This document shows, in pieces, positions 52,925 to 64,000 of a stretch of 64,000 nt of DNA. The notes beneath the pieces were generated by a model. It was not told where the DNA came from. It made no database searches and saw only the letters and a program-made list of their open reading frames with translations. Origin of the DNA: Yuukianura sp. NJ FZ-2021 (Eukaryota); NCBI GenBank assembly GCA_046563655.1, contig CM102290.1, positions 6,944,001 through 7,008,000 on the forward strand, given 5' to 3'. How positions within the stretch are numbered: the stretch's first letter is position 1; the number at the start of each line of letters is the position of its first letter. Made by a program: the position numbers and the translations under genes.

Positions 52925-54388
52925 ACGGTTTTTGGTTGAAACAAAGACAGAGGTCACTTGAAGGTTACCTGTTGTTGGGTCATTTCTTCAGCTTTAAAAA
53001 TGAGCGTCTATCCGAATGATTTACGAGGCGGTTTTTTTGAAAAAAAAAATAATTTTTTTTTGACTTTCAGTTGTCCTAGTTTTCATGAGTAAACTCATTG
53101 CAGTTTTGAACGCTTGTTTCGAAGTTTTTATTTTCAAATGTGTCTGTTGAAAAGTCGTTTAACCGATCGAAGCTGTGCTCATGCCGATGGCATTCGTTTT
53201 TAATTGAAAATCTAGTAGTGAGTCATACATAATATTTCCAAATGTTACAAAGCTTGTGTCGTTTTCATTTTTGCGTAAGTGTGCCAAAACCAACTTAATA
53301 CTATTCCGGCGTATTTTTACTTTTTTGTAAACCCTACAGATTAAAAACTTTCTGTCCCAAAATTCTGGCGAAGATAAAAATGTTTTTTCATAGGACTTTT
53401 GGCATGAGCCTTGAAACTAAAATTTATTGAGAGAACCTTGCGAATTGTGATGATGCATGCATGTCTCTGCAAGATGCAGCAACACACAGTTCTTGACGTT
53501 TCGTGATGGTAATAAAATGGCGCCCAATCATCTCAAGGAATATTTATTTTGAACAGACGAGCGGCAAGTGAAGTCCACCGCTGAATTTTAAAAAAAGCTG
53601 AAAGTGTGGAAGGATAAGCGTGGATTTAGTATAAACTATAAAAAAAAAATTTTTTAAGCTAAAACGTGCTAATAGTTTACACGCCAGAGTATGGTGAAGT
53701 TTTCCGCTAAACCGATCTCAAAAATAAAATTCGTCGAATTTAACCTCGTCGAAATTTCCCTGTTTTTCTTTGCATTACTTTTGACTTCATTCAAAGCAGC
53801 TGAAGAAACCCATAGTATCATTTGAGCCACTTGAAGCAAAAGTTGCAAAAAATGGGTTTCTTTTTTCTTTTCAATCTATTTTCACTGAAATATTAGAATA
53901 ACTTCTGATTCGTTTTCGCTAATTTGAGTTTTGGTATTTCTTTGTCGTAAACATGTCTGCATGTGCCTAATCCGTATTTTTTTTTTGATTTTTAAAACAA
54001 GGCTGCCGAACCGTTAGGGTTGTGCACTTTAAGATTTTCTTTAACCAAATCCCTCTTCCTCCGCATCAAAACATTTGACGTAGGCCAAAATGTACCAATT
54101 CCCAAATCCCGTTTTCGGTGTTTTATGCCATTTCACTTTTTTCCTCAATGTCCGATTAGTTCCACGCCAGTTCGGCCCTCGGAAAGACTTCTTAAGCTTG
54201 TACATTGAAAAAAGCCAAGTCCAGCAAAAATTTACGCAACTAAATTTTACGTAAATTTACGTAAAAGCAAGTGAATTTTCAAAGTTTAACAGTGAGTTTT
54301 TGTTTCAATTATTCTACAAGTATTTAGTATTATTATAAATATTTGTGGTTCTGCTGAAGGTCAATTTGGAAATATTTTGAAGAAGAAA

Positions 54389-54597
54389 ATGGCGGGTAAA
54401 GCAGGAAGCGGTTCCGTCGATACCAATCGAGAAGCAAAGTCACTCGTGATGAACTACTTGATCATTGTTGTTCTATTAGTTATTCTTTGGCTTTTGTACA
54501 CTGGCGTAAGTCACGTTTCAAATGTTGTTGATGTTAAAACAGAAAAACAGAATTCTATGATTCAACGACATTTTGATTCATTGTTTAACAGTTGTAG
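54389..54597 (+). CDS. Sarcolamban-like single-pass micropeptide 1 (40 aa: MAGKAGSGSVDTNREAKSLVMNYLIIVVLLVILWLLYTGL), exons 54389-54505 and 54592-54597
   Basis: ATG in AAAATGG context, GTAAGT donor at 54506, and CAG acceptor followed by TTG TAG. The EAKSL..NY/F.I...L..L..LY pattern resembles Drosophila sarcolamban and vertebrate sarcolipin. Confidence 0.75.
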
Positions 54598-56063
54598 ATT
54601 CCTGGATTTATCCGTTCAAATCAAACCAAAAGCTTTAGTTACATCAACCTAATGTAAGGTATGAATTTTATCAATATTTCCACCATTTGCGCCTTAACTA
54701 AAATTAAAATTATATTTGAGAATAATTATTTTAATTGAAATTTTCCAAAATTAAAAAAAGCGCTTACAAAACGTCATCTGTGATTAAAGCTATAAAAGTT
54801 TAAACTTTTAAAATCCTGCAGCCATGTTGTTTCTCTTAGCCCCACTTTTAATTTAGTTTGAATAAGGTCGAAACTTATGAATTTAGAATTTCTACTTTGC
54901 CTTTTCGGCGTGACTTTTTCTTGGCTTGGCATGTTAACTTTTAGAAGAATCCGTTCCTTGAATTCTAAACAATAGACAGTTGTGATGTAGTACGAGACTC
55001 CCCGCGTTGAGATTCGCAACTTGAGAAGTGACGATTGGGAAGATCCCGAGAAAGATAAATGGAAAGCTCCCAAGAGGTGTTGGCGGTTCAGTTTGAATAA
55101 TTAGGACATGGCTGTTTGGTGTCAAATGGATGGCACTAAGTGATGGGGGTAATTGAGTCTGGTGTGTCAAAATAGGCGATCTGTTAAATATTGTTAGTGC
55201 TTTCTGAAAGACCGCCAAGGTTGATTGAATCGGGATGAACAATTCTTGAGTCCCGTCAGTGACATCTTTAGCTCCCATCAGAGAGGGCGGCAATTCATCA
55301 AGGAGTTTGAGCATAAATCACGCCGGAAGGGGATGAATCTATTTCAACGCCATCTTAAATCAACGTGCCAGTTTTTTCCAAGCAAATAATTCGTCAAAGT
55401 TAGGCACTAACCGTTGGCAATAACAAATCTAAAAAAGTACAACTTTGGGGAACTTAACATCAGTTTTTGACAATTCCCAAACTTTTGAAATATTTTGATA
55501 CAATTGCGCTGCTAAGTTTAGTAAGAGTAGCTTGCTGCATGTTGCACACAGACGTAATGTTTGGCGTTGAAACAGCGTTGTTCCATATTTAAAAAAGAAA
55601 CTGAAAATTGACATTTTTTCGGGGACGATTGCGCCTGGGCTTAAGGAGCGATGAAACGTGGCTCGCTCGGTCTCACCCCATGATCGTATATCGTTAAGCC
55701 CAAAACAGTTTGTTCTGTTTAGGTTTGATCCCAAATGATTTTTTGGTTGAGTCCCCAAATGCTTTAGAAATTCTAAAAGAAAACAAAATCCCGACATCTT
55801 TTGTCATTTAAAATTCCCTGGCAAGTCCACAAGCTCACAAGTACTTCGGCAGGGACAACGCAGCGATACCAAAGTACAGAACAATAGGAGAAGCACAGAT
55901 CGGAAAGATTCCAATTGGGTTGGTTCTACTGCTAGTTTTGTTATAGGTTACTCCAAAGTATCAAGCATCAAGTGACCAGTGATTGATTTATTCGTGAGAG
56001 ATTGGGTTATTTAATTAGAAATTTTTAACTTTTTTTCTAGGTAAAAATACGCTAAACGGAAAT

Positions 56064-56332
56064 ATGGAGTCAAAGGTCAGTAGCGGCTTCTGTTTCAATA
56101 CGTTTTAACGACTGTGCTGAGAATAACGCTCTATGTCGAATATTTTACTGAAATATTTCTTTAGATGTTTTTTTTTTAATTTTGGACGGAGAATGTCAAA
56201 ATTTAAAATCCATTTATAACTAAAATTTATTTGTGTTTTCAGGGGTCTGAGACGTTTAATTTGGTAGTTACGTACGGGATTCTAATTTTTCTTTTATTTG
56301 CACTCTGGCTTCTCTACACAGGATTAAATTGA
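56064..56332 (+). CDS. Sarcolamban-like single-pass micropeptide 2 (33 aa: MESKGSETFNLVVTYGILIFLLFALWLLYTGLN), exons 56064-56075 and 56243-56332
   Basis: In-frame splice AAG|GTCAGT...TTTTCAG|GGG. It shares LWLLYTGL with peptide 1. SE..NL..T.GIL..LLF.L.L.Y matches my recollection of Drosophila SclA. Confidence 0.75.
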
Positions 56333-57440
56333 AAATGCCATCATCAATCAGCGGACAAAAAGTACGAATATATTACTCTTATGTTTGTTTTCAATGTATC
56401 GTCAAAATGAACAGTTTTGAATCCGATATCTTCCTTACTAGGTCAGAAGTGTTTTAGTTTTTCTAACAAAAAGAAATGCATGAGTATAGTGACAAGACAA
56501 GGAGGAGGTTTCACCTGCAGAGAAAGTTCAAAAAGCCAGTTGCAAATGTGAATATACCGTAAAACTTCATGCGGAAATATTTTGCAAATTTTGTCACTCA
56601 TTCAAAAGCTTTTAGGTTTTTAAGCCCTTAGGACTGAGGTAAAAAATGTTTCCAGCGTCTGTCAAAATGTGGGATTTTAGAATACAAAAGACGGTGAAGA
56701 GTCGTTTAGAACAGAAATATCTCCCACTGGCCTAGAAGGTTTGGCCTTTTACTGTCCAAAATACTATATGGTATTTGACACGGTGGTGTTAAAACAGCGT
56801 CCTCTTCACATTTTGCACACGTTTTTTAGACACAGATGAGTCCTTGACTGAGCATTGAGTGGCTTCAAATTGAAGCTATTGGCAGGAGCAGAGATGCGAA
56901 ACAGGCTAATTTTAGAGAAAGCAGTCCCACTGTACATAATAAGATATTTCCTCAAGAATCCTGGGAAGAAGGAGCTAAAAATACAACCGCTGTTATTTAA
57001 CATTTTTTCAAAAAACGGAAAATTATGACCAAATGCCTCACAACTGTTGGACTGTGCTATGATAAGTTTTTTTTTGATTTTCTAGAAATGGTTACCTAAA
57101 TCCTACGGAATGGAAATGGAAACGGAATTTCTCAGCTCAACTGGACATTTGATTAGCATTGCCTTGAACCATTGGAGAAAATTTAATGGAAAATCATGAA
57201 TGCTGCCTTTAGAGAAACTTATCACCAATTGGAGCCATCTCAAATGTGTTAGCAAATAAAAAGTTTGATGTACTATTGATGTATGGAATATAAATAAATA
57301 AAAAAAATGTTATATTTTGCTGTCAGTTGAAATTGTTTAACTCTAACAGAAACGTTTACCTACGTAAAGTTGAAAGTAACTGAATTGATTTTAACTTTTA
57401 CAAGGTAGCCAAGCTAGTTTGGGTACCAAGTCGCTGCTTC

Positions 57441-58101
57441 TTAGTAGTGGTGCTTTCGCGTGATGTAGTAGTTGTCTCGTGTATGGTATGATTCGTATGG
57501 GTCGTCCACATAGTATTTCGGCCTTCTCCAATATTTGCAAACCATCTATTCAAAGGCAAAAAGATATATGACATTCACAACTAAAACTTATGAGACTGTG
57601 AAATTTATATTTTTTACGAACTTTATCTAATAAGTGACTTTGAGTACCACTACAGAAAACGTGTTGGACTGCGTTATACTTCATTGAGCCGCTCTTCCTG
57701 TACACCTTCCTGTGACGTCCGGCTTTTGGCCGAATCCAACCACCCCTAAAATTAAAATCAGGATTGCTCAATTGTTATTTATGTAATGCTCAAGGTATTC
57801 GTTAAATGATGTTACCAGTGTAAGCGATAAAATCTGGCAATGACAGTCTTCACCGTCTTCCGTTTCCCTTTCTGGAAAGATGCGTAGGTAACAGGTCGTA
57901 TGCCGCCCAGCATACTGCTAGTAGGTGATCCGTTGGAAGGAATTGTGCCTAGTTGCAGCATCGCAAGAGCTCCAAAACCTGGAGATTTCCTAAACGTACT
58001 CCCGAGGAACGGTTGGCTGTTCTGTTGAAATGAAGTGAATTGATTAACACAAATACTAATCTAACGACATTGGAATTCAGCGTTATCGTCTTGTATGCCA
58101 T
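57441..58101 (-). CDS. mRpL35: Mitochondrial ribosomal protein L35 (bL35m), 4 exons; the start codon may be further upstream in frame
   Basis: Encodes SFQKGKRKTVKTVIARFYRLHW|GGWIRPKAGRHRKVYRKS...QHVFCSGTQSHLLDK|MVCKYWRRPKYYVDDPYESYHTR. Confidence 0.92.
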
Positions 58102-59020
58102 AGCGTCGTAGTACACGTCGACTTCAACATGAATTACCAGTGGCAGCATCCCCATTATTGGCTTCAAATTTGTGGGCCGTTGGAAAACTCCCGTCTAGAA
58201 CATATACCACAATTATAGTAGGTCACACAAATACTGTCAAGATTAGTTAATGATTTCTCTAAATGAAGTATAAACAAATAAGTTCTGTAATATTTACCAT
58301 CAAGGATTTGAGCGATTGGACGTGAGTACCGAAGAAAGATGAGAAGAATGACATTTTTGGCAGTCAAGAATGTATGAATTTGACCTTACTACAATATTAG
58401 CGTTGAAATAACAATGACATGACCCCAAAAAACAACTAATAAAGTCTAGAAATCGTGACCACCCTAAATCCTAATTAGTAATTGGATAAATCAGCTGTTT
58501 CGCGCCGGTAAATACACGAATTTAGTACGGAAGAGTTCGGAAATCAAACTGATTTCCGAGTTGCTCTAAAACTCATTATCACTCCTGCTCTCCCCTTTCT
58601 TTAATGTAGTGTTGGGCAGAAGACTCTTATAATTGTAAAATTAAGTTTTGTAACATGAAGGCAAAACAATTTGACAAATTGTAATTGGAATTAAATATGC
58701 AATTAAATTTTCAAATTTATTAAAAATTTGGGTAATTTTTGCCATGGTTGTACTAACTGTATTCGGTTATTGATTGTTTGGGAAGAGAGAGGGTGAGTGG
58801 GTGGTGAGCGGGTGCGCGGGAAGGAGGAGCTTTCAAATGCAACAGCCGTTCCCTTCTCCTCTTTTTCCTCTCAGTCGGAAAGTAGCTTCCCTGCTGATCG
58901 GACGTCTTTTTTCTTCGCTCTCGCTCTTCCTTTTCATCGGTCAACTTCTTCCGTCTTTCTTCCGGACTACGGTCACTTTTTCGGTTTCATTTCAACTCCT
59001 GTCTCTACATCAGCATCAAG

Positions 59021-62000
59021 ATGATGAACTCCTTGTCAACTCGCTCCATGATCATCATGCCGCACGGACGGATCGGCCAGGTAAGCCCACTTTTCCTTTT
59101 GACTCGCTATTTTCCATCTTCCATGTCATTTTCTGTCATTTTTTCTGTCATTTAACGATTCTTTGCATTCCATTCGTTCATAATTGCATCTTGTCATTGG
59201 GAACATGTTAACGTGTCATGATTTGTGACCATTTTGGTCGAGGTACATGGAGCTTCCTTTGTTTGAGGTCATTGACCTCTGCGGGAGCTAAGGCAACACA
59301 AGTTTGCGGTGTTGCCGTGCTGTCAGGGTTTTTGCCATAACGACGTCATAATGCATTCGGCAACGCCGCTTTTTTGAATTTAGACTACAATGAGATGTCA
59401 TTGACCTTTCTTTTCATTTTCATTTTTTGGTAGCAATTTTTTTTTAATTTCTGATTTAATCGAGTTTAATTTTTTTAATTGAGTTTTTTAAATTTAATTT
59501 GGTCAGTAGAACGACATGATAACGACATGATTGGTAGACACATTTGTAAATTGGATCAGATTAATTCTTTAAATCTTTCCAGAGTTTCTACAAGAGTCCT
59601 TTCTCGTCACTTCGTGCATTGAGCACTGGAACCGGATCTGGGCCGGGCAATGATGACAAGCAAAAGTAAGTTGACTCTGATATTGAAGAATTATTAATGT
59701 ATTGTTTGTGATACCGTTATTAATCCATGTTCTCTTATTTAGGTCATCTGGAAAACGCCGGGGAGCTTATGCCGCTGCTGGAGTCGTCGCTCTCGGAGGA
59801 ATGGCCTACGCCTACCGTCTTATGACCAATGACAAGTACGATCCTATGGAACCCATCAACTGGGCTAAGGGTCAAATTGGCTTGTCCACTCCGTCTGCAC
59901 AGGCTGTGCAGATTGTGGACCCAGATCCTGTAGCTAAAGTGGAAACAGTTAGGCGAGAGCGTGACACAGATTCACAGTATATTCATTTATTTGAACAATT
60001 TAAACCAGTTTTTTGTCCGATAGCTTTTCGTTTCCTGCTTGTCACCTTTCACCTTCCTTGTTTCTTACTCATATTAGTGCTCCCGCCGGTTTTATTGCGC
60101 ACTCTTTTTAGATAAGAATATTTTGAAATTAATTGTTTTATTTTGTTACAGGGCCAGTTGTGCTGGAAAAGATGATTGCAAGGAGGACAAGTGTAAGTTA
60201 TACGTAATATTTATGTTGATTGAATTTGGAAGTTCTGAACTCATGTTGTTTTCTCGATTACTTAGGTGCTGACAGTGCTTGTCTTCACAAGATGGACAAA
60301 GAAGAAGAAATGATCGCCAAAGCAAACAGCGAACTCGAGAAGGCATTGAAGGATGTCAAGCCAAAGGCTATGGAGGCTACCGAAACTGCTCTTAAGGTAA
60401 TTTGATTTCTCACGTAATTATTACAAGTTGGAAATAAAAGGCAAGCGAGTTATATTTTGTTTCTTCCAGGCTTACTGTGAAGCCGTCGATGCCATCAAGA
60501 TTTTCATGGACAAAGCGTACTGCGCCATCGAAGATGACAGCTTGGTTTCTCCTCGCTTCGAAGAAGTTTGGTGTGATGTTTACGAAGCCGCTCTTAAGCG
60601 TTGCGAGAAGGTAAGAAACTGTTACAAATCTTCAATATCTCTAATTTACTAAATAATACATTAAAATCTTCTATCGCAGGTCAAGGATGCAATTGCAAAG
60701 GGGCAATGCGCCTGGGAGCTTTTGTGCCGTCTCCGCGAAATCATTGAGAACGGAAAGAACTGCAAGTACACGTCTTGCAACCCTCTTCTGATTACTGCTG
60801 AGGAGACCTTGATCTGTGCTGAGCGTGAACTGTTGAACGGAAAAGCCAAGATGGACTGCGTCCAAAGCGAATCTCGTCTCGTCGAGCAGTACAAGAACGT
60901 CATTGAGGACTTTCGTCGAGATCTCAAAGTAAGTTGAAATAGTCAAGGAGAAACTTTTTTCTTATGTAACTACAAAAGTTAATTTTGATATTTTTTGTTT
61001 TAGGCTGAAATGGAGTCTCTGTTGACCACCAGTGCCGAGTGTCGCACCAACTTGACGGAAAACGAGTGTTCAATGGTTCTCACTCACGCATACAAGAAGG
61101 TTCTCTCGATTCAGCAGGAATTGGCCCTTGTTCAGGTATCTACGGATCAAGTTCCCTGCAATCAGAAGGAGACGATCTGCTAAATTTCTCAACAAACAAG
61201 TCACAACAAAACAAAATATACAAACTCAACCTCACACATTCCTAAAAAAAACAAAATAATTCTCCTAAAAGCCTAAGCTTCCTACAATAATAATAAATAT
61301 ACGCATAATGTTGCTTTGCTTGTCTGCAAAATCATATCCTGGCTTTCAATATGTTTCGGGCTTTTTCTTAACTTTGTTAGTCATCTAGTTTATTAAATTG
61401 GTTTGCGTGCCCTTATTTGGTTTCTGGTGTAGCCATTTACATTACCTTTAGCTTTCCCTGTGTTACCCATCCTTGGCTATTTAATTCCAATTGATTCCTA
61501 CTTTTCAAAAATGTTTGAGTTATAGAAGTTGAGAGTTGCAATTGTATACCTTCTTAAGTTTTAAATATTGTATTTTCTTAATTATTCTTAATAATTTTTA
61601 TGACAACTAGGCGAAGGGACTTGGAAGCAGTTTGACTGGAGATCTGGACATCCCGGAGGCACAGAAAAAGGTAACCAGCATATTGTGATTTATCTTACGC
61701 ACTTCCTTGATAAATCAATAAATGCATGTTATTTATTTTTTAGCTTGATGAAATTCGCTTGCACTATGAGAACGAATTAGTGAAGGTAATGGCTCGTCAA
61801 GCTCAAGTGCATCACGACACTCTTGAGCTAAGCAAAGAGTTGCTGAGAAAGGACTATGAAAGGCGACTGAAGCAAAAGTCAGACGTTGCAGAGTCTGAGC
61901 AGTTGGTGGAGCTACGAGCGAAGTACACACAGGCAGCGGCTGCGCTTGCGGCCATGAGAGACGTCCTTGCAGGTCAGACATTGTCGAAACAAGTATTTTC

Positions 62001-62893
62001 AAGGAGTTTTGTTTTTTCTGATTCGCTAACTGCCTCATTTTTCAGATCGAAAGGAGCAGCAGGAAAAGTCGGAACGGCTTCGAAAATTGTGGTCATATTG
62101 TTCCAGCCTGTACAATAAAATTAACTTCGGAGACCGATTTGGGAATACTGAAGGAGTTGTTTCAGTTAGTAAAGGTATTGTACACTATTAGCATAACCTT
62201 AATATCTGCCTTACACATACACTTAAGGATAAACGATTTACGTCCTCAATTTTATGTTTTTTAGACAAATTACTTGGCGAGTTCGCAGGAGATGAGTTTT
62301 CTCGTCAGCTCATCACGACCATTCCAGAACGCGTTGAGAGCATCGACAGTCTGCGTTCCCGATTTTTTAACAAGATTGACAAAACCTGTCGTAATGTCGG
62401 AGTTTTTCGAGCAGGAGAAGAGCTGTCGCTTGGGAAATATATTTGGGGTTACATTCAAGGAACACTGACGGCAAGATGCGGTAAAAACCAAAACTTAAAA
62501 AATACGTGAACGATATTTGTTAATGCAATCCTGTCACCGCTAAATGTTTTGTATTCCATTTGAACAGAAGGTGACATAGAATCCGTAAATACCATTTATG
62601 AAATCCTAGACAAAACAGCCTTTCATCTGCGACGAGGAGAACTGCTACAAGCCGTATTGACACTAAACAAAACAGAGGGTATGTCGGCAGTCATTTAAAA
62701 AAAAATTAAACGTTGTAGAATTAAACGTTGGTCTCGCTTTTGGTTTTTGCAAATATTTGTGATAGGTCCTGCTAGGGCAATTTGCGAAGACTGGTTATCC
62801 GATGCTCGTGCTGTGCTAGAGGCAAGCCAAACCTTATTTGCTCTAATGACTCACGCAAATGCAGAAAATCAACGAAGGAGTCTCTTGGTATAA
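59021..62893 (+). CDS. MICOS subunit Mic60/mitofilin-like protein, Cys-rich, ~14 exons; a probable short isoform ends at 61183
   Basis: Arg/Ser-rich presequence and TM segment AYAAAGVVALGGMAYAY, followed by a coiled coil (NPLLITAEE..., LTENECSMVLTHAYKKV..IQQEL; YENELVKVMARQAQVHHDTL). Ends in a mitofilin-like domain ILDKTAFHLRRGELLQAVLTLNKTEGPARAICEDWLSDARAVLEASQTLFALMTHA. Confidence 0.85.
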
Positions 62894-64000
62894 AACTGAA
62901 AAGTATCAATTTCTAATTTATAAACTCAGCATCGTAAATCACAGTACTTAGAAATAGTTTTCGGTTTTTAGTTTCTCCCCGATTCCCTATGATCATCCCT
63001 GTCCTCGTTTTCTTTTTGTTGCCTAAAAAAGGAGATTGAACAAAATTATCACAGGAATAGTCAAAGTATCTTAAAACTCCAAAGGAGTTACTACTATTAA
63101 ATAAATCGAGAAATCATAAAAACAGAATAATTTCTATCGTTTATAAACTTTCTAGAGCACAAAAGTTACGATCTCTGGAATGATTTCATTTAACATCACA
63201 CAGTTTCCTCGTGAATCACACTTCAAATTTGATTTTTTCCATAAGTGGAAATTTTTAAACGATTATACCTATTTTTCTATAAATAAAAATAGCGACTCTC
63301 TTCTAACAAACATTTTCACCAAATAAGTCTCATTACATTCAGACTTTCTTTCCTATTTTGACTTTAACGTTCTCTGTAGACAATATTGTTAGCACTACAT
63401 AGCTCGTTCAGAACAGGACTTGTGCTTAACCTATAACACTGTACGCTTATAGGAATTTGGAAAATAGCATTTAGTCAAAAATAAAAAATAAAACCTTTGC
63501 AATTCCTTAATGAATTGCTAACTTAAGAGTTAATGGAGGGACAAGAGAAGAACAATTTCTCTTTAGCACCATTCGATTAGCTCTTATGGAATTTCAATTC
63601 AGGAGAAAGACCTTGTCTTTGTCACTGCTTAAACTTAATATATAAATTATGTTTTTCTACAGTATTAAGCTCTACTGGACTAGTCTAGTCTAGACCTACC
63701 TAATGGACAATTGAATGGCGACAAAACAACCTAAAAAGTTCAGACTCAAGGATTGACAACAGTGATTTTTGTTTTTTTTTGTTTAAAACGTGAGTACTGT
63801 GAGCGGAAGACGTTCGACGAAACTGGGTGTGACCTCGTTTCATGTTTAAACTTTCTTCATCATGTTGAGAAGGCTACTATTGTCCATATTTTGTCGAAGT
63901 AAGTCGTTCAGTTGGGTAGGACTTGGACTATCCCTACTGTTCGGCTCCTTCGGAATATGAGAGGGAGCCCTTGAGCTTGAGTCCACTGACCCCCGTGACC

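Noticed and set aside
54934..55314. 126-aa minus-strand ORF between the two micropeptide genes
   Set aside because: No recognisable motif or splice structure. It may be a chance ORF in regulatory DNA.

Overview
AT-rich eukaryotic (animal) genomic DNA with many short GT-AG introns. The gene content and TTAGG tracts point to an arthropod, possibly a springtail or other basal hexapod (inference only). Genes from left to right: a complete three-exon hedgehog gene (+) with 7.4 kb and 3.4 kb introns, a C-type lectin (-), a large ARHGAP6/RhoGAP102A-like RhoGAP (-), a divergent adenosine kinase (+), a degenerate single-Tudor-domain protein (+), OSTC/DC2 (+), succinate-semialdehyde dehydrogenase (+), a multi-pass membrane protein (+), an uncharacterised gene (-), two spliced sarcolamban-like micropeptide genes (+), mRpL35 (-) and a Cys-rich Mic60/mitofilin-like gene (+). 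Non-autonomous inverted-repeat transposons are also present, including a MITE nested in a foldback element, each with its own target-site duplication. Best leads: (1) the tandem sarcolamban-like micropeptides, which the ORF track misses or garbles; (2) a Cys-rich Mic60 with a probable intronic-polyadenylation isoform lacking the mitofilin domain; (3) a ~36-bp hairpin+TTAGG core shared by two elements with unrelated termini 39 kb apart; (4) a cluster of Su(H) sites and an unexplained AAGGGCYC motif in the hedgehog introns. All exon boundaries and family calls were read by eye without database searches.
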